Shown here in pieces: positions 39,026-47,833 of a stretch of 64,000 nucleotides of DNA; within the stretch, counting starts at the first letter, position 1, and each line of letters begins with the position of its first letter. The translations under genes and the position numbers were made by a program. The stretch is from an uncultured Clostridia bacterium (GTDB lineage Bacteria; Bacillota; Clostridia; TANB77; CAG-508): positions 14,018-78,017 of the forward strand of contig CALXCF010000005.1 of NCBI GenBank assembly GCA_944386755.1, in the 5' to 3' direction. Below the pieces are notes generated by a model. The model was not told where the DNA came from. It ran no database searches and saw only the letters and a list, made by a program, of their open reading frames with translations.

Positions 39026-39145
39026 ATGGTAGAACAATGTTTATTATTAACAATAAAATTATTATTTGCTGGTCTAGTATCAGTAACTATCGTAGCTATT
39101 ACCTTAATTATTGTATTAATACATATATTGGGTAAAAAAGACTAA
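39026..39145 (+). CDS. 39-aa hydrophobic peptide, type I toxin-like
   Basis: Below the track length cut-off. The RBS AAGGAGGTG is 8 nt upstream. The product is MVEQCLLLTIKLLFAGLVSVTIVAITLIIVLIHILGKKD. It has its own promoter and terminator. Confidence 0.55.
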   Translation: MVEQCLLLTIKLLFAGLVSVTIVAITLIIVLIHILGKKD

Positions 39146-39148
39146 AAA

Positions 39149-39183
39149 ATACACACTCTGCTTGCAGGTTAGAGTGTGTATTT
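39149..39183 (+). terminator. Hairpin terminator of the minigene
   Basis: atacacactct - 11-nt loop - agagtgtgtat followed by ttt. Confidence 0.6.
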
Positions 39184-39359
39184 AAAAATCATTCAACCGG
39201 CGACCACTTCATGTGGCTCCTTATTTCTATTTTTATTATATCATAATTTTTTATTTTGTCAATTTTTTGTAACACATTTTTCCAATTTTCATACTATGTA
39301 TTATACAAAGGAAAACAAAACATATTGTTGTTTATCTACTTCGAAAGGAGGTCTAGACT

Positions 39360-39476
39360 ATGCCAGAGAATAGAGGATGCGGTGGATTCGGATTTGGTGA
39401 CGACTGTTGCTGGATTATAATCCTTATATTATTAATCTGCTGCTGTTGTGGTGGTAATAGAGGAGGATGTTGCTAA
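39360..39476 (+). CDS. 38-aa Gly/Cys-rich tiny membrane peptide (YjcZ/tiny-TM-like)
   Basis: Below the track cut-off. The RBS AAAGGAGG is 7 nt upstream. The product is MPENRGCGGFGFGDDCCWIIILILLICCCCGGNRGGCC. Confidence 0.55.
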   Translation: MPENRGCGGFGFGDDCCWIIILILLICCCCGGNRGGCC

Positions 39477-39491
39477 TCCCCTCTATATTTT

Positions 39492-39520
39492 AAAGGAGAA
39501 GTTAAGTACACTTCTCCTTT
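39492..39520 (+). terminator. Rho-independent terminator
   Basis: aaaggagaag - 9-nt loop - cttctccttt followed by tctattt. Confidence 0.65.
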
Positions 39521-39529
39521 TCTATTTCC

Positions 39530-41053
39530 TTATTCCTTAAATCTTCTTCCTTTGCTATTACGTTTTACTCTTGATGCAAAAGCCTCAGCTTTGTCATTTA
39601 AATCATCTTCATCATCAAATTTGTTATATTTTCTTGTAGTATTATTATTTTCTTTATTTTGCATATTTTTAGAATATCCATCCAAAAATTTTGCTCTAAC
39701 TCTTTCTCTTCTTGCTCTTTCTTCTTCATCATCATGTAATCTTGACATTATTTTTTGATTTTCTTTTTCATACTGTTCCTCTTCATTTTCATATTTTTCA
39801 TCATTATAATCATCATCTAAATTGTCATCATCATTTTCGTAATTATTTTCTTTAGTATCTTCATCATCATCTTCTATAAATTTTTTCTTTTTTCTTAATG
39901 CCTTTGGCTTTTCTTCAAAATTTTCTCCATAATCATCTATTTCCATATCGTCTTTATTATCATTATCATCTTTATTCATTCCATAGAAAGGTACTCCTGA
40001 ATATTCTTCTGCAAATGCTCTATTTCTTCTACGCCTTATTATTACAAATACTATTATTGCAATTACTACAACTACTGCAATAACCGCTCCAATAATCATT
40101 CTTTGTCTTTGCTCTTGTTCTGCTTTTTCTCTTGCTAAAGCTTCTTCATCTACTAAACTCTTATTTACAGTTATTTGATATGTTGCAACATTATTTCCCT
40201 CACTATCTGAAACTAAAATTGTAATTAGATTTTCACCTTCTTGCAAATTCTCATTTCCAACTATTTCTACTTGATATTCTTCATTAGTTGGATTTGCTTC
40301 AATTTGTAAAGATGTATTTTCTCCTATATATTTTGCCGTATATTCATATACATTTGTTTCAAATTCTGGTGAAAGTTCTATGTTTTGGATACTTAAACTT
40401 GCCAGTCCTTCTCCTTCAACTATTTCTGTATTCTCTTCAGTATCTTCTGCTGTTTCTCTAGTAATTACTATGGTATATGTTTTTGTGGTTCCATTTTCTG
40501 CTGTTACCACAACCTCTATAGTATTTTCTCCTTCTTGAAGATTTACTGTTCCTGTTCCACTTATTGTTGCATTACTATCTTGTGCTTCAGCATATACTTC
40601 AACACTTTCAGTATCTGCTGGTACTGTTACCGAATAACTTGTTGTACCACTTCTAAATCCACTAAAATCATGTGGTCTTATTCCTAAATTAATTAAATTT
40701 GCATTGCTTGATGAACTATTTGAATTGTTATTTCTACGTGGATTTGAAGATGAACTTGGTTGTGAATCGGATGACGAATTTCCTCCATTCCCACTATTAC
40801 TACTTGGAGTTGTATTTGAATCTGGCTCTTGTACTGGATCTGGTGTAGGTACTGGGTCTTGAGCTGGTTCTTCTGGTTGTTCTGGTGTTGGTTCTGGTTC
40901 AGGCTCTGTTGGCGTAGTATTTTCATCTACAACTGGTGGTGGAAATGCATTCTCATCTGTTGCATTACTATTAAATAAAAAACATCCTAATAACATCACA
41001 ATTACTGTTATCATTACTATTACATTTAATTTCATTTTGTAATTTCTATTCAT
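39530..41053 (-). CDS. Secreted, membrane-anchored protein with two cadherin-like beta-sandwich domains and a highly acidic cytoplasmic tail
   Basis: Signal/TM segment at the N-terminus. NLINLGIRPHDFSGFRSGTTSYSVTVP and LASLSIQNIELSPEFETNVYEYTAKY match the cadherin-like pattern. A second TM segment (MIIGAVIAVVVVIAIIVFVII) is present. Confidence 0.7.
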   Translation of the reverse strand: MNRNYKMKLNVIVMITVIVMLLGCFLFNSNATDENAFPPPVVDENTTPTEPEPEPTPEQPEEPAQDPVPTPDPVQEPDSNTTPSSNSGNGGNSSSDSQPSSSSNPRRNNNSNSSSSNANLINLGIRPHDFSGFRSGTTSYSVTVPADTESVEVYAEAQDSNATISGTGTVNLQEGENTIEVVVTAENGTTKTYTIVITRETAEDTEENTEIVEGEGLASLSIQNIELSPEFETNVYEYTAKYIGENTSLQIEANPTNEEYQVEIVGNENLQEGENLITILVSDSEGNNVATYQITVNKSLVDEEALAREKAEQEQRQRMIIGAVIAVVVVIAIIVFVIIRRRRNRAFAEEYSGVPFYGMNKDDNDNKDDMEIDDYGENFEEKPKALRKKKKFIEDDDEDTKENNYENDDDNLDDDYNDEKYENEEEQYEKENQKIMSRLHDDEEERARRERVRAKFLDGYSKNMQNKENNNTTRKYNKFDDEDDLNDKAEAFASRVKRNSKGRRFKE

Positions 41054-41297
41054 AATTTCCTCCCATATTACATCTTTTGATTATGGCATAATTTTATCAT
41101 TTGCATAAGTTTTAGTCAACTAATTTTTTATAATAATTATCTGTTTTTCTATTATGCTTTTCTCACTAATTTCATGCTGTTTTTATATCTTGTTTAAATT
41201 TGTTTACTAAAACTATATAATTTTTTCAACAAATTTCATCATTTTTATAAAATATATGATAAAATAATATCAAATAATAGAAAAAGGAGAAACAAAG

Positions 41298-43764
41298 ATG
41301 GAACTACTTTCCCCAGTTGGAAACTTTGAATGTTTAAAAGCTGCTGTCCAAAACGGAGCAGACAGTGTATATCTTGGAAGTGACTTATTTAGTGCAAGAG
41401 CATTTGCCAACAATTTTTCTGGTAAAAATTTAGAAAAAGCAATTGAATATGCAAAAATCAGAGGTGTAAAAACCTATCTTACATTAAATACATTAATAAA
41501 AGATAACGAAATCGAAAATGCTTTTAACTTAGCTAAACAAGCATATGAATATGGAATTGATGGAATCATAGTACAGGACTTAGGATTAGCAATGAAATTA
41601 ATTAAAGAATTTCCAAACTTACCTATTCATGGAAGTACTCAAATGACAGTACATAATTTGAATGGCGCTTTAGAACTTCAAGACTTAGGCTTTAAACGTG
41701 TAGTATTAGCCAGAGAACTTTCTATTGATGAGATAGACTATATTTGTAAAAACACAAAAATTGAAATTGAATGTTTCGCACATGGTGCTTTATGTATTTC
41801 ATATTCTGGTCAATGCCTATTTTCTAGCATGTTAGGTGGACGTTCTCGGAAATCGTGGAAAATGTGCCCAACCTTGTAGATTGCCTTATGACTTATATGA
41901 AGATAATCATAAAATTAACAGTGGATATTTATTAAGTACTCGTGATTTATGCGCTTTAGAGTATATTCCTGCATTTATACAATCTGGAGTCAAATGCTTA
42001 AAAATTGAAGGAAGAATGAAATCGCCTGAATATGTTGCAATAGTAACTAAAATTTATAAAAAATATATTGACCTTGCATTATCTAATAAAGAATATATAA
42101 TTGAACCAATTGACCAAAAAGCTTTACTTCAAGCATTTAACAGAGGTATGTCATCTTCTGGGCACTTAGATACAGAACCTAATAAAAATTTAGTTTTCAA
42201 AGAAAAACCTAACAATATGGGATTGCCTTTGGGAAAAGTTCAAAATTATAACAAATCAAAAGGATTAATTACTGTTAAACTTAAAGAACCAATTGAGATT
42301 GGAGATACCATCTCTCTTGAAAATGAAAAGGGAACCTATACCATTTCTGAATTAATGGAAGATGGAAAAAATATAACTGAAACAAAAAAAGGTCAAACTG
42401 TTACAATTGGCAGAATGAAAGGGAATATAAACCTTAAAGATAATATCTATAAAATGTCATCAAAAAAACTTTCTAATCTTGCAAAAGAAAGTTACAAACA
42501 TGAACTAAGAAAAATCTATCTAAACGGAAAAATCACAATTCAAAAAAATAAACCAATTTCTTTTGAAGTAACTAGCTTTAAACCAAATCAATTATATAAA
42601 GACTTACAAATCAAATATACAATTGACTCTACTCCGTTGGATGCTAAGAACAAGCCTCTTACAAAAGAAATTGTTGAACAACAATTAAGAAAAACTTCAA
42701 ACACGCCTTATGAATTTAAAAAAATAGATATAGATTTAGGAGACAACTTATTTTTACCGAAATTAAGTACCTTAAACGAACTAAGAAGAAATGTCTTAGA
42801 ACAAGTAGAAGCATATGCTATTGCAAAATGTCACAGAAATTTTGATACTTCAAAAAGTGAAAATAATTCTAAATCAAAAAAAGATTCTATATTAGAAGAT
42901 ATGAGAATAAATGTAAAAAACAATATAAAACTAACCAAATCACAAAATCCTAAAATATCTGTATTGCTAAATAAACTAAATACTGATTTCAATTACGAAT
43001 CCTTAGCTTTAGCAGATAATGTGTACATTCCATTAAAATATTTTACAAGTAAAAAATATGATGCAACTTTGAAAAAAATTAGTAAATTATCTGACATATA
43101 TATTTACATGCCTACTATTGTAAAAGGAAATTACAAAAACTTATTTTATGCAAATGCTAAATCAAGTGTTGAAAAATACGAAATAAAAGGTTTTGTAATT
43201 TCTAATATCTGCAATATTAAATTGTTACATGGATTATTTAAAGATTTAGATAAATATTTTAAATTAGTTACTAATTATACATTTAATGTTTTTAATTCTG
43301 AAACTGTATTAGAATTAAAAAAACTTGGAATTAGTACATTTACAATATCTCCTGAATTAGATAAAAAAACAATTCAAAGATTATGCGAGTATAGTTATCT
43401 AAATAAAGAATTAATTATATATGGAAGAACACCACTTGTAAATATGAATTACTGCTTACTTGGTGAAACAGATAAATGCTATCCTGAATGTAAAGCTAGA
43501 TGTACTACTTCTCATAGATATTACTTGAAAGACCGCTTAAATATGGAATTTCCAATAATGCCAGATAATATTCAAACAGTTACTACCTTATTTAATAGCA
43601 AAATCACTTCAATTTCTCCAAATAGCTTTAATGTTGATTCAGTTCGTATTGATATTTTGGATGAATCTAATGAACAAATTGATAATATTTTGAAAACTGT
43701 GAAAGCTAAAAAACGTTTTGACGGTAAAGATTATACCAGCGGAAATCTAAATCGAGAAATTTAA
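41298..43764 (+). CDS. Peptidase U32 family protein, frame interrupted once (needs +1 shift at CGG-A, 41847..41850)
   Basis: Track ORFs 41298..41879 and 41836..43764. ECFAHGALCISYSGQCLFS is the U32 signature. The junction reads MLGGRS|x|NRGKCAQPCR. Confidence 0.88.
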
Positions 43765-43769
43765 TTGTG

Positions 43770-43823
43770 TGGTCAGTTTGGGGACAGGTTCGGACTGACC
43801 ACTTTTGGATAATTTGGGGACGC
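43770..43823. repeat. 54-bp inverted repeat, left arm (contains terminator hairpin 43769..43806)
   Basis: tggtcagtttggggacaggttcggactgaccacttttggataatttggggacgc. 52/54 match to the reverse complement of 44241..44294. The internal stem is GTGGTCAGT/ACTGACCAC followed by TTTT. Confidence 0.9.
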
Positions 43824-43878
43824 CACTTCTTGTGAGCGATATCTGAATTTATAACTTAGGAAAGGAAGATTAATAAAA

Positions 43879-44196
43879 ATGAATTTAAGAAATTTTACGG
43901 AAATAGACGAAGAATTTATATGTGATAATTGTGGAAAAAAAGTGAATAAATTAGGCTATTCCTGTAGAAATCATTGTCCATATTGTTTGCACTCAAAACA
44001 TGTGGATAAAAATCCAGGAGATAGACAAGAAGAATGTCATGGGGATTTAGAGCCAATTGGATTAGAAATAAATCCTAAGAAAGGTTATGTTATTATATTT
44101 AAATGTAAAAAATGTGGTGCAATTAGAAAAAATAAAGCTGCTAAAGATGATAATATGGATTTGATAATTGAATTAAGCAGTAGAAATAGGGATTAG
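43879..44196 (+). CDS. RNHCP domain protein (Zn-ribbon-like)
   Basis: CDNCGKK...YSCRNHCPYCLHSKHVD...CKKCG carries the literal RNHCP motif and four Cys pairs. Confidence 0.8.
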   Translation: MNLRNFTEIDEEFICDNCGKKVNKLGYSCRNHCPYCLHSKHVDKNPGDRQEECHGDLEPIGLEINPKKGYVIIFKCKKCGAIRKNKAAKDDNMDLIIELSSRNRD

Positions 44197-44240
44197 GAAA
44201 TATTTCTTAATCCCTGTTTAAATGTGTTTTACAAAAAGTA

Positions 44241-44294
44241 GCGTCCCTAAACTATCCAAAAGTGGTCAGTCCGAACCTGTCCCCAAACTGACCA
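44241..44294. repeat. 54-bp inverted repeat, right arm (contains minus-strand terminator)
   Basis: It abuts the stop codon of the nucleoside kinase gene (44295). Confidence 0.9.
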
Positions 44295-45935
44295 TTAATA
44301 TTTGAAGTTTCCTCCTCCTATAAATTCTTTTAATAATGAATTTGTTGGCACATATTCTTCTGGTATTTCTTTAAAATATTTCAACATATCTATCATTCTT
44401 CTTGCTTCTGCATATTCTCTTTCCTCTTTTGTTATTTCTTCTAGCAATGGCATTGCTATTCCTTTTAACACATTTAGTTCATAAATTAATGATGTATTAA
44501 ATATGCTATTTGCTTCTTCTTGGAATGGGAAAATATTTTTTTCTTCTCCATTATTTACCATATTCCAATTTGCTATTGTGTGTTTTGCACTATACCCTCT
44601 AAATTTATGGTCTCTAACTATTCTTCTAACTAATCTTGTGTCTGTTGTTGATATTCTATTATATCTATCCATATTTAACACTGTTAATGCACTTATATAT
44701 ATCTTATATTTTTGTTCTTTTGGAATTCTACTTGTTAATTTATCATTTAAGCAATGAATTCCTTCTATTACCAGTACATCTTCTTTTCCCAACTTTAATT
44801 TTTTACCTTTGTATCTTTTAGTTCCTTCATGGAAATCAAATTCAGGCATTTCTACTTCTTCTCCGTCAAGTAATTTTGCTAGATGATTATTGAATAATTC
44901 CATGTCAATTGCTTCTATACATTCAAAGTCATAATTTCCATTTTCATCTCTTGGCGTATCTTCTCTTTCCACAAAATAATTATCTACTGATATTGTTACA
45001 GGTCTTAATTTGTTAATTCTTAATTGTAGTCCTAATCTTTGTGCAAAAGTTGTTTTTCCTGATGATGATGGTCCTGCAATTAATATCATTTTTACTTCTC
45101 TATTTTTTGCTATTTCATCTGCTATATTTGCTATTTTCTTTTCATGTAATGCTTCATCTAACATTATTAAGTCTTTTATTCTATCTTCTTCTATTGCTTT
45201 ATTTATTTTATATACTCTATCCATATCTAAGATTCTGTGTATATCTTCATACTCATTTAATGCCCATGCTAATTTCTTTGTTTGAATTAATTTTGGTAGT
45301 TGCAATGGTTTGTCTGAGTTTGGATATCTCATTAATAATCCATTTTCGTATTTTACAATTTCAAATATTTTTGCAATTCCAGTTCTATTTGCTATTGTTC
45401 CATAGCAATAGTTATAATATCCATCACATTCATACATATATATTTTTTCATTGCCTTCTAGGTCTAATTGTAATCTTCCTTTTGATGTGTCATATTCTTT
45501 ATAAAATTCTGTTGCTTCTTCACGGTCCATTACTATTTGTCTGATTGGTAAATCTTCTCTTACAATTCTTCTCATCTCTTCTGTCAAATTATGAGCCATT
45601 TCTTCTGTTACTTCTAATTTCTCCACATCACAAAACATTGAATTTGTTAATTGATAATCTACATTCATCTTATTATTTGGATATAGTTTTTCAAATGCTT
45701 TCGCTAATATATACACCATTGTCCTTCTATATATCTTGCTTCCTTCTTTTGATGAAATATCTATTAATTCTACTTTTCCATCTTCGTGAATTTCATAGTT
45801 TAAATTTTCATATTCATTGTTAAATATTGCTCCAACAACTGCATATTCACTTGCCTTTATTTCTTCTGACAATACCTCTTGTATTTTTTTTCCTTCTTGT
45901 ACTTCGATTTCTTTATCTTTATATTGTATCTTCAT
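44295..45935 (-). CDS. Uridine-kinase-family nucleoside kinase with N-terminal TGS-like extension
   Basis: The P-loop IAGPSSSGKTTFAQRL plus the size (546 aa) fit the Clostridial nucleoside kinase family. Confidence 0.8.
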   Translation of the reverse strand: MKIQYKDKEIEVQEGKKIQEVLSEEIKASEYAVVGAIFNNEYENLNYEIHEDGKVELIDISSKEGSKIYRRTMVYILAKAFEKLYPNNKMNVDYQLTNSMFCDVEKLEVTEEMAHNLTEEMRRIVREDLPIRQIVMDREEATEFYKEYDTSKGRLQLDLEGNEKIYMYECDGYYNYCYGTIANRTGIAKIFEIVKYENGLLMRYPNSDKPLQLPKLIQTKKLAWALNEYEDIHRILDMDRVYKINKAIEEDRIKDLIMLDEALHEKKIANIADEIAKNREVKMILIAGPSSSGKTTFAQRLGLQLRINKLRPVTISVDNYFVEREDTPRDENGNYDFECIEAIDMELFNNHLAKLLDGEEVEMPEFDFHEGTKRYKGKKLKLGKEDVLVIEGIHCLNDKLTSRIPKEQKYKIYISALTVLNMDRYNRISTTDTRLVRRIVRDHKFRGYSAKHTIANWNMVNNGEEKNIFPFQEEANSIFNTSLIYELNVLKGIAMPLLEEITKEEREYAEARRMIDMLKYFKEIPEEYVPTNSLLKEFIGGGNFKY

Positions 45936-46157
45936 AATTATTCATCCTTTCCATTTTGATATTTCTTTATTTGTAAATCAATACCCTTTTAAGTTTTACT
46001 TTAATATTTTATATTAAAACTATTTATAAGTCAAATTAATTTCCAGAGAATTACATTTTTTTGAATAGGGATTACAAAAAATAATTAAACTGTAGTTATA
46101 TTTTCAAATTTTATGGATATACTTTAAATAAATCATTTATTCAAAGGAGGACAAATT

Positions 46158-46337
46158 ATGAATTATGAAAGAATAAATTATATCTTAAATAATGATGACA
46201 AATTTGATATTTTTTATGATGATAGGCCTGTATGGATTCAAGAATTGGATGCCAATAATCAAAGAGCCAAAATTGGATTTGTTGATAATTTCGAAGAAAA
46301 AGATGTCTTTATTAAAGATTTATATGAAAATGACTAA
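46158..46337 (+). CDS. sspH: H-type small acid-soluble spore protein
   Basis: Just below the 60-aa track cut-off (59 aa), with RBS AAAGGAGG. The product is MNYERINYILNNDDKFDIFYDDRPVWIQELDANNQRAKIGFVDNFEEKDVFIKDLYEND. The Y..RPVWIQELD core is SspH-like. Confidence 0.65.
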   Translation: MNYERINYILNNDDKFDIFYDDRPVWIQELDANNQRAKIGFVDNFEEKDVFIKDLYEND

Positions 46338-46704
46338 TTTTATTATTTTTTCTGGTTCTTTGGGGATGACTCAAGAAACTGTTTCTGAAGCTGTTGAGCT
46401 TGCTCCTAGATATATTTCTGATATTGAAAGAGATAAATCTAAAGGTAGTATAGATACATTAGTTAAATTGTGCAATTTATATCAAGTTACTCCTACTTTT
46501 ATATTGCAAAATTATTTAACTGCTCCTGAAAGCAGGGCTGATAATCTAATACAAGGTTTTTCTACTCTATCGCCAGAAGAAAAGGATTTCATCATTAATT
46601 TAATTGATTTCATCAATCAAGAAAAGAAAAAAGAGTTGAAAAAGAAAAAGCAGGAACAAAGGAAAAAACAACAACAAAATAAAAAAAGTAATTCTAAAAA
46701 ATAA
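46324..46704 (+). CDS. XRE-family HTH protein with Lys-rich tail; start uncertain
   Basis: LGMTQETVSEAVELAPRYISDIERDKSKGSIDTLVKLCNLYQV is an HTH_3 motif. No good RBS is visible. Candidate starts are 46324, 46330 and 46366. Confidence 0.6.
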   Translation: MKMTNFIIFSGSLGMTQETVSEAVELAPRYISDIERDKSKGSIDTLVKLCNLYQVTPTFILQNYLTAPESRADNLIQGFSTLSPEEKDFIINLIDFINQEKKKELKKKKQEQRKKQQQNKKSNSKK

Positions 46705-46713
46705 TGTTAAAGT

Positions 46714-46766
46714 TACAAGTTTATTATTCATTTATTTTTAATTTAATAATAACTTGTAGCTTTTTT
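46714..46766 (+). terminator. AT-rich bulged hairpin plus T6
   Basis: tacaagtttattatt ... aataataacttgta followed by tttttt, between convergent genes. Confidence 0.45.
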
Positions 46767-46830
46767 GATTCATAATAAAATCCCCTTACTATTTATTCGT
46801 GTTTTGTGGTTTATTTCCACTTTTTCTTGA

Positions 46831-47688
46831 TTATTGCTTTTTTATAGTCTCATAAATTACTTCTTTTATAAATTTTGCTGAACTATTTGGTGCAACTTTT
46901 CCTGGTAAACCTAAAGCATGTATTAATTTCAAGTTGTGATTTTTAGCAAACGATTTATCTATACCACCAGGATTTGAAGCTAAGTCAATTAGTAACGTAT
47001 CCTTTCTTATATATTGCAATTTTTCTGCATCCAATATCATAAAAGGTATTGTATTTATAATCACATTATAATTAGCTAAACTTTTCAATAAATCTTGTGA
47101 TTTGCTCAAATCGTCTAAATCAATTTTTTCATACCCTAAGGCATCTATCCAAGCTAATTCTTCACTTTTTATTGAAGCACAAGTAATATACTTTGACATT
47201 CCTTTCAATCTTTGTGCTAGAGTTTTAGCCACTCTTCCAAAACCTAATATTAATATATTGCTATCAAAGATAATTTCATCTGTATTTGCAATCATCAATT
47301 CTATAGTTCCTTCTGCCGTTGCAATTGTATTTAATACTGCTAATTTTTCACTTTTCATTATATCTATAACTTTAATATTATATTTTTCAACCTTTTTTAT
47401 AACATCTGATGATATATTTCCTGCAATTAAAATTTTTTCTTTTATTTTTTCTAAAAAATCTTCTATTAATATTTTATTTTCACTAAATGTACTATTAATA
47501 GTTTTTCCATCTCTTGAAAATGGTATCGGTCCAACTACTATATCTATATTCCTTGGAATCTTTTCAAAACTTTCTTTTTCATTCATACCATAAGAAAAAA
47601 CTTCTTTTCCATCTTCTTTTAATAATTTTACAAGTTCTACATTTCTCAAATCCCCACCAACAACTAAAAAACTATTTATTTTAATCAC
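46831..47688 (-). CDS. dpaA: Dipicolinate synthase subunit A
   Basis: VVGGDLRNVELVKLL, NTIATAEGTIELMI, ILGFGRVAKTLAQRLKGM, INTIPFMILD, LIDLASNPGGID and ALGLPGKVAP track B. subtilis SpoVFA along its length. Confidence 0.88.
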   Translation of the reverse strand: MIKINSFLVVGGDLRNVELVKLLKEDGKEVFSYGMNEKESFEKIPRNIDIVVGPIPFSRDGKTINSTFSENKILIEDFLEKIKEKILIAGNISSDVIKKVEKYNIKVIDIMKSEKLAVLNTIATAEGTIELMIANTDEIIFDSNILILGFGRVAKTLAQRLKGMSKYITCASIKSEELAWIDALGYEKIDLDDLSKSQDLLKSLANYNVIINTIPFMILDAEKLQYIRKDTLLIDLASNPGGIDKSFAKNHNLKLIHALGLPGKVAPNSSAKFIKEVIYETIKKQ

Positions 47689-47833
47689 TCCTTTCTCATT
47701 TTCTTTCTTTTTTGCATAGAAATTCTATTTTCCACCTTAATAAAAATTTTTTTCTATATAAAAAACTACCTATATTAATATATAAGTAGTTTTATCTATT
47801 TATTACATCTATTTATAAAATATTATTTAATTA

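Noticed and set aside
39176-39373. 65-aa plus-strand ORF from the track.
   Set aside because: It starts inside the terminator of the minigene and has no RBS. It merely reads through AT-rich spacer into the RBS of the Cys-rich peptide gene.
32641-44294. A link between the TTTGGGGAC words in the lepA 5' repeat and the same word in the 54-bp inverted repeats.
   Set aside because: Similarity is limited to about 9 to 10 nt. I could not extend it, so I treat it as coincidence until a genome-wide count says otherwise.
46192-46704. 170-aa version of the XRE ORF.
   Set aside because: Its first ~45 codons are an alternative frame of the sspH gene with an implausible hydrophobic sequence.
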